Below, one piece after another: positions 17,882-25,969 of a stretch of 38,671 nucleotides of DNA. Numbering within the stretch: the first letter of the stretch is position 1; every line of letters begins with the position of its first letter. The notes under the pieces are model-generated. The model made no database searches, had not been told where the DNA came from, and worked only from the letters and a program-made list of their open reading frames with translations. Made by a program: the position numbers and the translations under genes. The DNA is from a virus (taxonomy: Duplodnaviria > Caudoviricetes), in the IMG/VR virus record IMGVR_UViG_3300025127_000092, positions 1 to 38,671 of that record; one strand, 5' to 3'.

Positions 17882-19185
17882 GTGAATTAAAAGTAAATAA
17901 AATTAGTCCAAAAACAGCATGCGGAACAACTACACTTGGAGATAGTGGAGATACGTTTACTATTCCTGCAGGTGTAACAATAACAAATAATGGAACACAA
18001 ACAGGTTTTGGTAGAGAAGGTTCTGTTAATTGGCAAACAAGTAGTATTAAAACATCTACATTTACTGCAGCTAGTGGTGAGGGTTATTTTGTAAATTCTG
18101 GAAGTGCTTTAACAATGAACTTACCAGCAGGAAGTGCTGGAGCAATTGTTTCAGTTTCAGATTATGCAAGAAATTTTGCAACATATAATTTAACAGTAAG
18201 TCCTAATGGTTCAGAAAAAATTGGTGGAATTGCAGATGATGCTATACTAGACGTTAATGGCCAAGCAGCAACTTTTGTATATGTTGATTCAACAAAAGGT
18301 TGGATAAATGTACAAAATGTAGAAGATTCAGAAACAGGACAAAGTTTTATGACAGCAACAGGTGGAACAATTACAACTTCAGGAAATTGCAAAATTCATA
18401 CATTCACAAGTCCTGGAACTTTTACAGTTTGTTCAGCTTCATTACAACCATTTAATAATGAAGTTTCATACCTTGTCGTAGCAGGTGGTGGCGGAGGTGG
18501 TTATGATGTTGGTGGTGGAGGTGGAGCAGGTGGATTTAGAGAAAGAAAAAGTCCAGTAACTCCATACACAGCTAGTCCTTTAGAGGGAGCAGCAACAATA
18601 ACTGTTTCAGCTACTGGGTATCCTATAACTGTTGGTGCAGGTGGAGCTGGTTCAACGGGAGCTTATCCAACGAATGCAGCTGCAGGAAGTAATTCAGTAT
18701 TTTCAACAATAACATCAGCTGGTGGTGGACTAGGTGGTTCATACCCTAATGGAGATGGTGGTAATGGAGGATCGGGTGGAGGTGGATCTGGTCATAATCA
18801 AACAACTTCTGGTGGAACAGGAAACTCACCCCCTGTAAGTCCATCACAAGGAAATCCTGGTGGAGATACACCAGCCCCACTCGCTTCTACAGACACAACT
18901 GGTGGTGGCGGTGGTGGAGCAACAGCAACTGGCTCAACTGCACTTTATCCAGCACCAGGTCAATTTACTCCAAGAGCTGCAGGTGCAACAACTTCTATAA
19001 CAGCATCTCCTGTAGAATATGCACAAGGTGGAAGAGGGGCAGCAGATAGTGCACCAAATCAGGCAGATGGAGGAGCTAATACAGGAACTGGAGGTGACGC
19101 AGCAGGTAATAGAGGAGGACCAACTGCAAATCATGGAGCAGCAGGTGGATCTGGAATAGTTGTAATAAGATATAGATATCAATAA
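17878..19185 (+). CDS. Glycine-rich fibre-tip / receptor-binding-like protein 3
   Basis: Paralogue with the same architecture; ends GSGIVVIRYRYQ. Confidence 0.8.
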   Translation: MSELKVNKISPKTACGTTTLGDSGDTFTIPAGVTITNNGTQTGFGREGSVNWQTSSIKTSTFTAASGEGYFVNSGSALTMNLPAGSAGAIVSVSDYARNFATYNLTVSPNGSEKIGGIADDAILDVNGQAATFVYVDSTKGWINVQNVEDSETGQSFMTATGGTITTSGNCKIHTFTSPGTFTVCSASLQPFNNEVSYLVVAGGGGGGYDVGGGGGAGGFRERKSPVTPYTASPLEGAATITVSATGYPITVGAGGAGSTGAYPTNAAAGSNSVFSTITSAGGGLGGSYPNGDGGNGGSGGGGSGHNQTTSGGTGNSPPVSPSQGNPGGDTPAPLASTDTTGGGGGGATATGSTALYPAPGQFTPRAAGATTSITASPVEYAQGGRGAADSAPNQADGGANTGTGGDAAGNRGGPTANHGAAGGSGIVVIRYRYQ

Positions 19186-19212
19186 TAAATAAATAAATAG
19201 GAGAAAACAAAC

Positions 19213-19668
19213 ATGGCACATTTTGCAAAACTAGGAGCTAACGGTAAAGTTATTCAAGTATTAACACTTGATAACAAAGACATGCTTAATGCTGATGGTA
19301 TTGAAGATGAAGCTGTTGGTCAACAGTATTTGGAAAGGCATAATAACTGGCCTGCACAAATGTGGATCCAGACTTCTTACAATACATCAGAAAATAAACA
19401 TAATTCAGGTGATGACTCTAAAGCATTTAGAGGAAATTATGCTGGTATAGGCTATTCTTGGGACGAAGATAATAATATCTTTTGGCCTAAAAAACCGTAT
19501 GCATCTTGGGTAAAAAACACAGAAGATGCTAGATGGCAATCACCAATCGGTGATGCACCAGCATTAACTGCAGAACAACAAGAACAAAATGAAGCTGATA
19601 CTCATGGATGGGGTTATTCTTGGAATGAAGATAATCAATCTTGGGACTTGTCAGATTCAAAAGCATAA
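19213..19668 (+). CDS. Conserved partner of Gly-rich fibre proteins (possible assembly factor)
   Basis: AGGAG SD; MAHFAKL...WIQTSYN...RGNYAGIGY...PYASW, Trp-rich. Confidence 0.75.
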   Translation: MAHFAKLGANGKVIQVLTLDNKDMLNADGIEDEAVGQQYLERHNNWPAQMWIQTSYNTSENKHNSGDDSKAFRGNYAGIGYSWDEDNNIFWPKKPYASWVKNTEDARWQSPIGDAPALTAEQQEQNEADTHGWGYSWNEDNQSWDLSDSKA

Positions 19669-19690
19669 TAAAATATACCTCTCAAAAACA

Positions 19691-19718
19691 TTGACTTTTT
19701 ATAATAGGAGTGTATAAT
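19691..19718 (+). promoter_or_regulatory. Internal sigma70-like promoter for the oxygenase cluster
   Basis: TTGACT 19691-19696, 16 nt spacer, TATAAT 19713-19718, in one of the few intergenic gaps. Confidence 0.7.
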
Positions 19719-19728
19719 AGATAGGTAT

Positions 19729-20232
19729 ATGAACAAAAATACATTGTCGGAAATAGCATTGTATCATGGTGACATTGCTATGCCAAAAAATTTTGAAATA
19801 GATCGAGATAAATTAAGCACGGATATTTTACAATCTGATATTACAGATTCACCTTTTCCATTTTCAAGAAACTGGGATATGCTTAATACTTATATAAGAG
19901 ATCATTTTAATCTTAACTATGGACAAACTTTAGTAAATAAATCTACTTGGGGTAATATTTATAAACCAAATGAAATTAGTATTCCATTATTAAATATTGA
20001 TCCAGTAGATCTTAGAAACTCACCAGACTTTACTTTTCTTTATGGAGTTAAAGTTAAGAATTGTAATGTTAGAATACATTATGAAGATAACAGACGTAAA
20101 GGTAGAAGTTGGGATATTAAATTAGAAAATAATAAATTTATTATGTTTCCCTCAACATGTATGTATTATATAACGAATACACAAGGGGATAGTTTGAATT
20201 TTATTCAAACAATAACGTATGAATATATCTAA
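19729..20232 (+). CDS. Degenerate 2OG-Fe(II) oxygenase-fold protein
   Basis: WGNIY...FLYGV...FIMFPS pattern parallels 20851-21486, but the His ligands are absent. Confidence 0.6.
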   Translation: MNKNTLSEIALYHGDIAMPKNFEIDRDKLSTDILQSDITDSPFPFSRNWDMLNTYIRDHFNLNYGQTLVNKSTWGNIYKPNEISIPLLNIDPVDLRNSPDFTFLYGVKVKNCNVRIHYEDNRRKGRSWDIKLENNKFIMFPSTCMYYITNTQGDSLNFIQTITYEYI

Positions 20233-20851
20233 TTATTATTGGTATTTTAAATCTGCATTAACACCTAAATTTTGTGATGAAGTAATACAATACGCACTAC
20301 AACAAAAAGAAGTTATGGCTAGAACAGGTGGTTATGGTGATAAAAAATTAAATAAACAAGAAGTATTAGATTTAAAAAGAAAAAGAAACTCTGATTTAGT
20401 TTGGCTAAATGATACTTGGATATATAAAGAATTACATCCCTATGTTCATGAAGCAAATAAAAAAGCTGGTTGGAATTTTCAATGGGAAAGATCTGAATCT
20501 TGTCAGTTTACAAAATATAAATTAAACCAATATTATGATTGGCATTGTGATAGTTGGGATAAACCCTACGATAGACCAGGTGCAATAGATCATGGTTGTA
20601 TTAGAAAACTATCTATGACTTGTCAATTAACGGATGGATCAGAATATACAGGTGGTGAATTAGAATTTGATTTTAGAAATTATGATCCACACATGAGAGA
20701 TGAATCAAAACACAGAATACAATGTAAAGAAATTTTATCCAAAGGATCAATAATAATATTTCCCTCGTTCGTTTGGCATAGAGTAAAACCCGTAACATCA
20801 GGTACACGATACTCATTAGTCGTATGGAATATAGGGAGGCCGTTTAAATAA
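20219..20851 (+). CDS. 2OG-Fe(II) dioxygenase (prolyl 4-hydroxylase / PKHD-like)
   Basis: YDWHCD (HxD), RKLS, GGEL and FPSFVWHRVKPVTSGTRYSLV (distal His, RxS). Confidence 0.93.
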   Translation: MNISNYYWYFKSALTPKFCDEVIQYALQQKEVMARTGGYGDKKLNKQEVLDLKRKRNSDLVWLNDTWIYKELHPYVHEANKKAGWNFQWERSESCQFTKYKLNQYYDWHCDSWDKPYDRPGAIDHGCIRKLSMTCQLTDGSEYTGGELEFDFRNYDPHMRDESKHRIQCKEILSKGSIIIFPSFVWHRVKPVTSGTRYSLVVWNIGRPFK

Positions 20852-21486
20852 TGTATATAAATAATTATTTTAGCACAACTATTTGGAGTGAAGAAAAACC
20901 AGAGTTTGTTAAATCATTAAATAAAGCTAGCAATAAATATATTAAAGATGCTAGAAATAGAGAGAAAAAATATATAAAAGAATTTGGTGACTTTGGAAGA
21001 TCATATCATTCAACACCATTAACAGCTGATAATGATTTCTTAGATTTTAGAAATTATATTGGTCAAAAATCTTGGGAGTATCTAGATCATCAGGGTTATG
21101 ATATGTCACAATATACAACCATGTTTAGTGAGCTATGGGTACAAGAGTTTGCTAAAAAAGGTGGTGGTCATCATTCAGCACACATACATTGGAATCAACA
21201 TGTATCAGGTTTTTACTTTTTAAAATGTAGTGATAAGACTTCTTATCCTGTATTTCATGAACCAAAGACTGGTGCACGATGTACAAAATTAAAAATGAAA
21301 CCAGATTTAAAAGGTGTATGGGGTGGTCATGAGCAATTTCATATGAGACCTAAACCAGGAACATTAATTATATTTCCAGGTTATTTAGAACATGAGTATG
21401 CTGTTGATCATGGTATAGAACCATTTAGATTTATACATTGGAATATTACAGCTATTCCAAAAGAGATGGCTAAAGATGTCGTTTAA
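20851..21486 (+). CDS. 2OG-Fe(II) dioxygenase (TIGR02466-like)
   Basis: HSAHIH..HVSGFYFL...PKPGTLIIFPGYLEHEY. Confidence 0.88.
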   Translation: MYINNYFSTTIWSEEKPEFVKSLNKASNKYIKDARNREKKYIKEFGDFGRSYHSTPLTADNDFLDFRNYIGQKSWEYLDHQGYDMSQYTTMFSELWVQEFAKKGGGHHSAHIHWNQHVSGFYFLKCSDKTSYPVFHEPKTGARCTKLKMKPDLKGVWGGHEQFHMRPKPGTLIIFPGYLEHEYAVDHGIEPFRFIHWNITAIPKEMAKDVV

Positions 21487-22099
21487 GAAAAATAAATATA
21501 CAGTTATACGACAAGCCATATCAAAAGACTTAGCATCTTTTATTGCAAATTATTTTAGTATGCAAAAACAAGTATATGATACCTGTGTGCAGAGTAGGTA
21601 TATCTCACCTTTTGAAACTTTATTAGGATATTATGAAGGTAAAGATGAGCAAATACCAAATACCTATTCACAGTATTCTAATATGGCTATGGAAACATTA
21701 TTACTTAAATGCCAACCTAGTATGGAAAAAGCAACAGGATTAAAATTATATCCAGCATATACATATGCAAGAATATATAAAAAAGGTGATGAACTTAAAA
21801 GACATAAGGATAGATTTAGTTGTGAAATATCTACTACTATGAATCTTGCTGGTGATGATTGGCCTATATATTTAGAACCATCAGGAGAAACTGGTAAGAA
21901 AGGAGTTAAAGTAGATTTAAAACAAGGAGATATGTTAGTTTACTCTGGTTGTGAATTAGAACATTGGAGAGAAAAATTTAAAGGCAAAGAATGTATACAA
22001 GTATTTTTACATTACAATAATCGTAAAACTAGAGGATCACGAGATAACATGTTTGATAAAAGACCACACTTAGGATTACCATCTTGGTTTAAAAGATAA
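21476..22099 (+). CDS. 2OG-Fe(II) dioxygenase
   Basis: ARIY...LKRHKDR.SCEIS (HxD), GDMLVYSGCELEHWRE, QVFLHY. Confidence 0.88.
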   Translation: MSFKKNKYTVIRQAISKDLASFIANYFSMQKQVYDTCVQSRYISPFETLLGYYEGKDEQIPNTYSQYSNMAMETLLLKCQPSMEKATGLKLYPAYTYARIYKKGDELKRHKDRFSCEISTTMNLAGDDWPIYLEPSGETGKKGVKVDLKQGDMLVYSGCELEHWREKFKGKECIQVFLHYNNRKTRGSRDNMFDKRPHLGLPSWFKR

Positions 22100-22227
22100 T
22101 GGCAAGAATAAAATTCCTCAATTTTACACCAAGACCAAAACCTAGAAAACGTCCAAGAAGACATTCTAAAAGACCTAATAAACACACAAAACGAATGACA
22201 AAAAAATATAATAGACAAGGAAGATAA
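22099..22227 (+). CDS. Arg/Lys-rich micro-protein (42 aa), not in ORF track
   Basis: TAATG-coupled at both ends; MARIKFLNFTPRPKPRKRPRRHSKRPNKHTKRMTKKYNRQGR. Confidence 0.75.
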   Translation: MARIKFLNFTPRPKPRKRPRRHSKRPNKHTKRMTKKYNRQGR

Positions 22228-23612
22228 TGGCAACAACAGACGCACCAAATACTACTACTTTACCTGAAGCGGCTATACAGCCGACTATGAAGGAGCAGGA
22301 TAAAAGTCGTAAAGTTATAACACAGATTGAAACATTATTAACTAATCCAGATAAAGCTATGCCTGCTGAAGCAGTTATTAAACCAACTGTTCAGCAACTT
22401 CAAACTGGTGAGACAATGGCTACTTCTGGATTATCTGGTCAAGTAGTAGCAGCTACACCAACTGCTGGTACAACACCAACTATTACTGCAGCGACTTCTC
22501 CCACGGCAACAACTACAGCTGGACCTACTACTGCAACACCTGCAAGTATGACAGCAGCAACAGTAGCTGGAGCTACTCCAACTATGACAGCTCAAACAGG
22601 ATCTGTTACAGCTCCAATGACTGCACAAACTGGGACTATTACTTCAGATGCTACAGTTAGAGGTCAATTAGAAAATATATCACAAGATATTCAAACATCA
22701 TTAGCACAAGGAACACCATTACCTGCATTCTTAAGAGGAGCTGCAGAAGCAACTAGAGCAGCTATGCAAGCTAGAGGATTAGGTGGTAGTTCAATGATGG
22801 CAGAAGCATTAGCAGATGGTTTATTAACTGCATCTATACCTGTTGCACAAGCAGATGCAGAAACATATAAGCAAATGATTTTTCAAAATCTTAATAATAG
22901 ACAACAAGCTGCTATTACAAACGCTAATAATTATTTTCAAATGGACATGGCTAACTTGTCAAATAAACAACAGGCAAGTTTACAAAATTTAAATGTAAGA
23001 CAAAGTTTTTTATTATCTGATCAAGCTGCTTCAAATGCTGCTAGACAGTTTAATGCTACTAGTCAAAATCAAGTAGACCAGTTTTATTCTAATTTATCTG
23101 CACAAATAAATGAACAAAATGCATCAAGATCAGATGCTATGACACAATTTTCTACTGCAGAGTCAAACAAAATTTCAGCATTAAATGCACAGAATCAAGT
23201 ATCAGTTGAGAAAGCAAACGCTGATAGAGCTTCTGTATTAAATAAATTTAATGCACAACTATTAGATCAAAGACAAAGATTTAATGTAGAAAATCAAAGA
23301 GTAATTGATCAATCAAATGTAGAATGGAGAAGAACCATTAATACTGCTAATACTACTTTAGTAAACGCAGCTAATCAAACTAATGCACAAAACTTATTAA
23401 ACTTATCTAACTATGCATTATCATCTTTATGGCAACAATGGAGAGATGAAGCAGCTTGGGTAAATTCATCTGCAGAAAATGCAGAGAACAGAGCACACAA
23501 TACAGCTATTGCTGCATTAGAAAGATCTACAGAATTAGATTTAGCAGATTCAAATAAAACTTCTGCATTGTATCAATTACTTGGTAAATTTGGAATCGCA
23601 TTAGTTTCATAG
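22227..23612 (+). CDS. Internal virion / ejection protein (putative)
   Basis: Thr/Ala/Pro-rich N-terminus followed by an Asn/Gln/Ala-rich coiled coil (QFNA, KFNA, RFNV). Confidence 0.7.
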   Translation: MATTDAPNTTTLPEAAIQPTMKEQDKSRKVITQIETLLTNPDKAMPAEAVIKPTVQQLQTGETMATSGLSGQVVAATPTAGTTPTITAATSPTATTTAGPTTATPASMTAATVAGATPTMTAQTGSVTAPMTAQTGTITSDATVRGQLENISQDIQTSLAQGTPLPAFLRGAAEATRAAMQARGLGGSSMMAEALADGLLTASIPVAQADAETYKQMIFQNLNNRQQAAITNANNYFQMDMANLSNKQQASLQNLNVRQSFLLSDQAASNAARQFNATSQNQVDQFYSNLSAQINEQNASRSDAMTQFSTAESNKISALNAQNQVSVEKANADRASVLNKFNAQLLDQRQRFNVENQRVIDQSNVEWRRTINTANTTLVNAANQTNAQNLLNLSNYALSSLWQQWRDEAAWVNSSAENAENRAHNTAIAALERSTELDLADSNKTSALYQLLGKFGIALVS

Positions 23613-23620
23613 GAGGTTAA

Positions 23621-23986
23621 ATGGCAATTGATTTTGGTTCAATATTAGATATAGGTAAATCAGCTGTAAAAGCTGTTAGTGGATTTTTTAAAAGTGATAC
23701 ATTCGATGTAGCAAAAAATATTTATGATGGTGTTAAAACTGTTACAAATGCTATAAGTGGAGTTGCTGGTAAAATGGATCAAAGACCGCCAGTGGGTTTA
23801 GTAAATCCAAATCAAAATTTAAGTCAATATAAAATAGGAGGTGCATCAAGATCAAGAGCAGGTGTATCTAGTTTTTCTGATGTACAAGAAGAAAGTTATT
23901 ATAAATATGCACAAGCACAAAACTTAGTGAGATATTTGTATGCAGCTAAATCAAGATATAAAAATATGACTAAAGGTAAATCATAA
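23621..23986 (+). CDS. Putative internal virion protein (121 aa)
   Basis: AGGAGG SD; amphipathic N-terminus. Confidence 0.65.
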   Translation: MAIDFGSILDIGKSAVKAVSGFFKSDTFDVAKNIYDGVKTVTNAISGVAGKMDQRPPVGLVNPNQNLSQYKIGGASRSRAGVSSFSDVQEESYYKYAQAQNLVRYLYAAKSRYKNMTKGKS

Positions 23987-24537
23987 TGGCTAGTTTAGAA
24001 AATTTAATAGAACAATTTAAAAATCAAAAAGTAGAAGATACTACTACTTATGAAGAGCCTAATGTAAATATTTTTGATGCACCAATACCAGGCCAATCAT
24101 TAACTGATGAACCAGGTAATTACCCTTGGGAGCATCCACCTAAAACTGCATCTATTGAAGAAGCAATGGATTTTGTTTATGAAAGTATGATGAAAGAAGA
24201 GAACATGTCAAGAATGTTTACTTTATTAAGAATGGGTATTCCTATTGAAGCATTAGTTAAAGTTATAACTTTCTCAGGATTTTTAGAAGGTAGATGGACA
24301 GTAGATACAGCTAAACTATTAGAACCTATTGTTGCTATGATGATTGCTGGTGAAGCAGGACTAGCTGAGATACCTGCAAAAGTAAATTTAGGTGATGCTA
24401 GTGATTCAGAATTTTTTAAAGATATGGCAGAAAGAAAATTAGATATGAATCAAAAAGAAAAAATGACTGAAGTGCCAAAATTACCAAAAGAAGATATGAT
24501 GGCAGGTCTACAAGGATTAATGGCTAAAGGAGAATAG
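23986..24537 (+). CDS. Conserved virion-region protein (183 aa)
   Basis: FDAPIPGQSLTDEPGNYPWEHPP motif; TAATG-coupled. Confidence 0.75.
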   Translation: MASLENLIEQFKNQKVEDTTTYEEPNVNIFDAPIPGQSLTDEPGNYPWEHPPKTASIEEAMDFVYESMMKEENMSRMFTLLRMGIPIEALVKVITFSGFLEGRWTVDTAKLLEPIVAMMIAGEAGLAEIPAKVNLGDASDSEFFKDMAERKLDMNQKEKMTEVPKLPKEDMMAGLQGLMAKGE

Positions 24538-24538
24538 A

Positions 24539-25969
24539 ATGGGTATATTTAAAGATTTTGCAACAAGTGGATATGGTGATGTAACTTTAGGTGCATTACA
24601 AGGATTAAATGAGGCAGGTGTAAGAGATTATGAATTTAATAAAGGTGTTGCTGAAAGTTCATTAAATAAATATAATGCAGAGTTTGCAAAAACAGAATTA
24701 GCATTTAAAAATAGAGATTCACTAGTAAATACACTTGCAAGTAGCCCAGAAGTATTTGGTATATTACCTCAAGGTAATTTAAATGTAAAACAAGTTGCTG
24801 ATGCAACTGTTGGTAAAATATTTGCTAATAACAGATCTATATTTGAACAAAAAGATTTTAATGATGTTCAAAAATTATTTGCATATGAACTAGCTAAAGC
24901 TGGACCAGAGGGTGTAATGATTGATAACCCTTATGTACCATCAGCTAATTTATTTGAAGAAGAAAAAAATAAACATGCAGCTAGATTATCTGAAATAAGT
25001 AAAATGCCAAAGGCAGATAAACTATTAATGAATATAGATAAAGCTGTAGGTGAAGTACCAAAAGCAGAATCTGTAACAGATTTACAAATTAAAGGTGCAA
25101 GTATAACTGCAAAAGGTTTTGGATTATTAAATACATATCCTGATGATGCAGCTGGTAGAGATTTATTACAAGTTACACAATTAATGATTATTAATGCTAA
25201 TGCAAAAGCATTACATCCAGATGATTTAGAAGCAAGACAAAATTTTGTACAAAAGAAAATGTTTGATAATGATATTGATGGTCAAAGAGTTTTAGCATTT
25301 AAAAAACCATTAACATATAATTCTATTAATAAGATATTACAAGATACAGCATCAGCATCATCAATGCAAATGACAATGGGATTTAACCAATTAGCTGCTG
25401 CTAAAAATCCAGAAGAACAAAATATTGCAATGAATAAAATTAATGGTATATTGTATAATACACTAGAAACAATTAATAATGCATCTGATGTATCTGGTAT
25501 ATTAATGAGTAAAGAGCCACCTAAAGTTGCTGATAAAGCAGATATTGTAGAGACTCCAAAAATTGTAGCAGAAGCAGACTTTAAACCTACTATAGATAAT
25601 TCAGGTAATGTTACTATTGCTACTGGATCTAAAGTTCCAATAACAGATATTATAGCTAACTTTGGTACATATAAGAAAACTTTATCTGATGAAACAATTG
25701 CATTCGTAAATCAATTTGTACCATACTTTAAAGCAGATGGTACAATGATAGAACCACAAAGAAACTTTTTCCCAGAAGGAGATCAGGGAGATAAATTATA
25801 TAGTAGATTCTTAACTATATTTAATAACTTATATCCAGAGATGGATTTAGCTACATTAGGTGGTTATGGTATGATTGAATCACCACCACAAAGACCAAAG
25901 AAAGAAAAGAAATCATTTATAGAAACTAAAGACTTACCTCAAAAGAAAGATAAAAAAGAGGATAAATAA
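24539..25969 (+). CDS. Putative internal virion protein (476 aa)
   Basis: Long helical ORF in the ejectosome position. Confidence 0.7.
   Translation: MGIFKDFATSGYGDVTLGALQGLNEAGVRDYEFNKGVAESSLNKYNAEFAKTELAFKNRDSLVNTLASSPEVFGILPQGNLNVKQVADATVGKIFANNRSIFEQKDFNDVQKLFAYELAKAGPEGVMIDNPYVPSANLFEEEKNKHAARLSEISKMPKADKLLMNIDKAVGEVPKAESVTDLQIKGASITAKGFGLLNTYPDDAAGRDLLQVTQLMIINANAKALHPDDLEARQNFVQKKMFDNDIDGQRVLAFKKPLTYNSINKILQDTASASSMQMTMGFNQLAAAKNPEEQNIAMNKINGILYNTLETINNASDVSGILMSKEPPKVADKADIVETPKIVAEADFKPTIDNSGNVTIATGSKVPITDIIANFGTYKKTLSDETIAFVNQFVPYFKADGTMIEPQRNFFPEGDQGDKLYSRFLTIFNNLYPEMDLATLGGYGMIESPPQRPKKEKKSFIETKDLPQKKDKKEDK

Noticed and set aside
15095-19185. Diversity-generating retroelement acting on the fibre-tip paralogues
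   Set aside because: There is no reverse transcriptase in the window and no TR/VR pair differing only at adenines; the repeats are short exact blocks.
15095-19185. Collagen triple-helix repeats
   Set aside because: Glycines occur in GGxGG runs, not in sustained Gly-X-Y periodicity.
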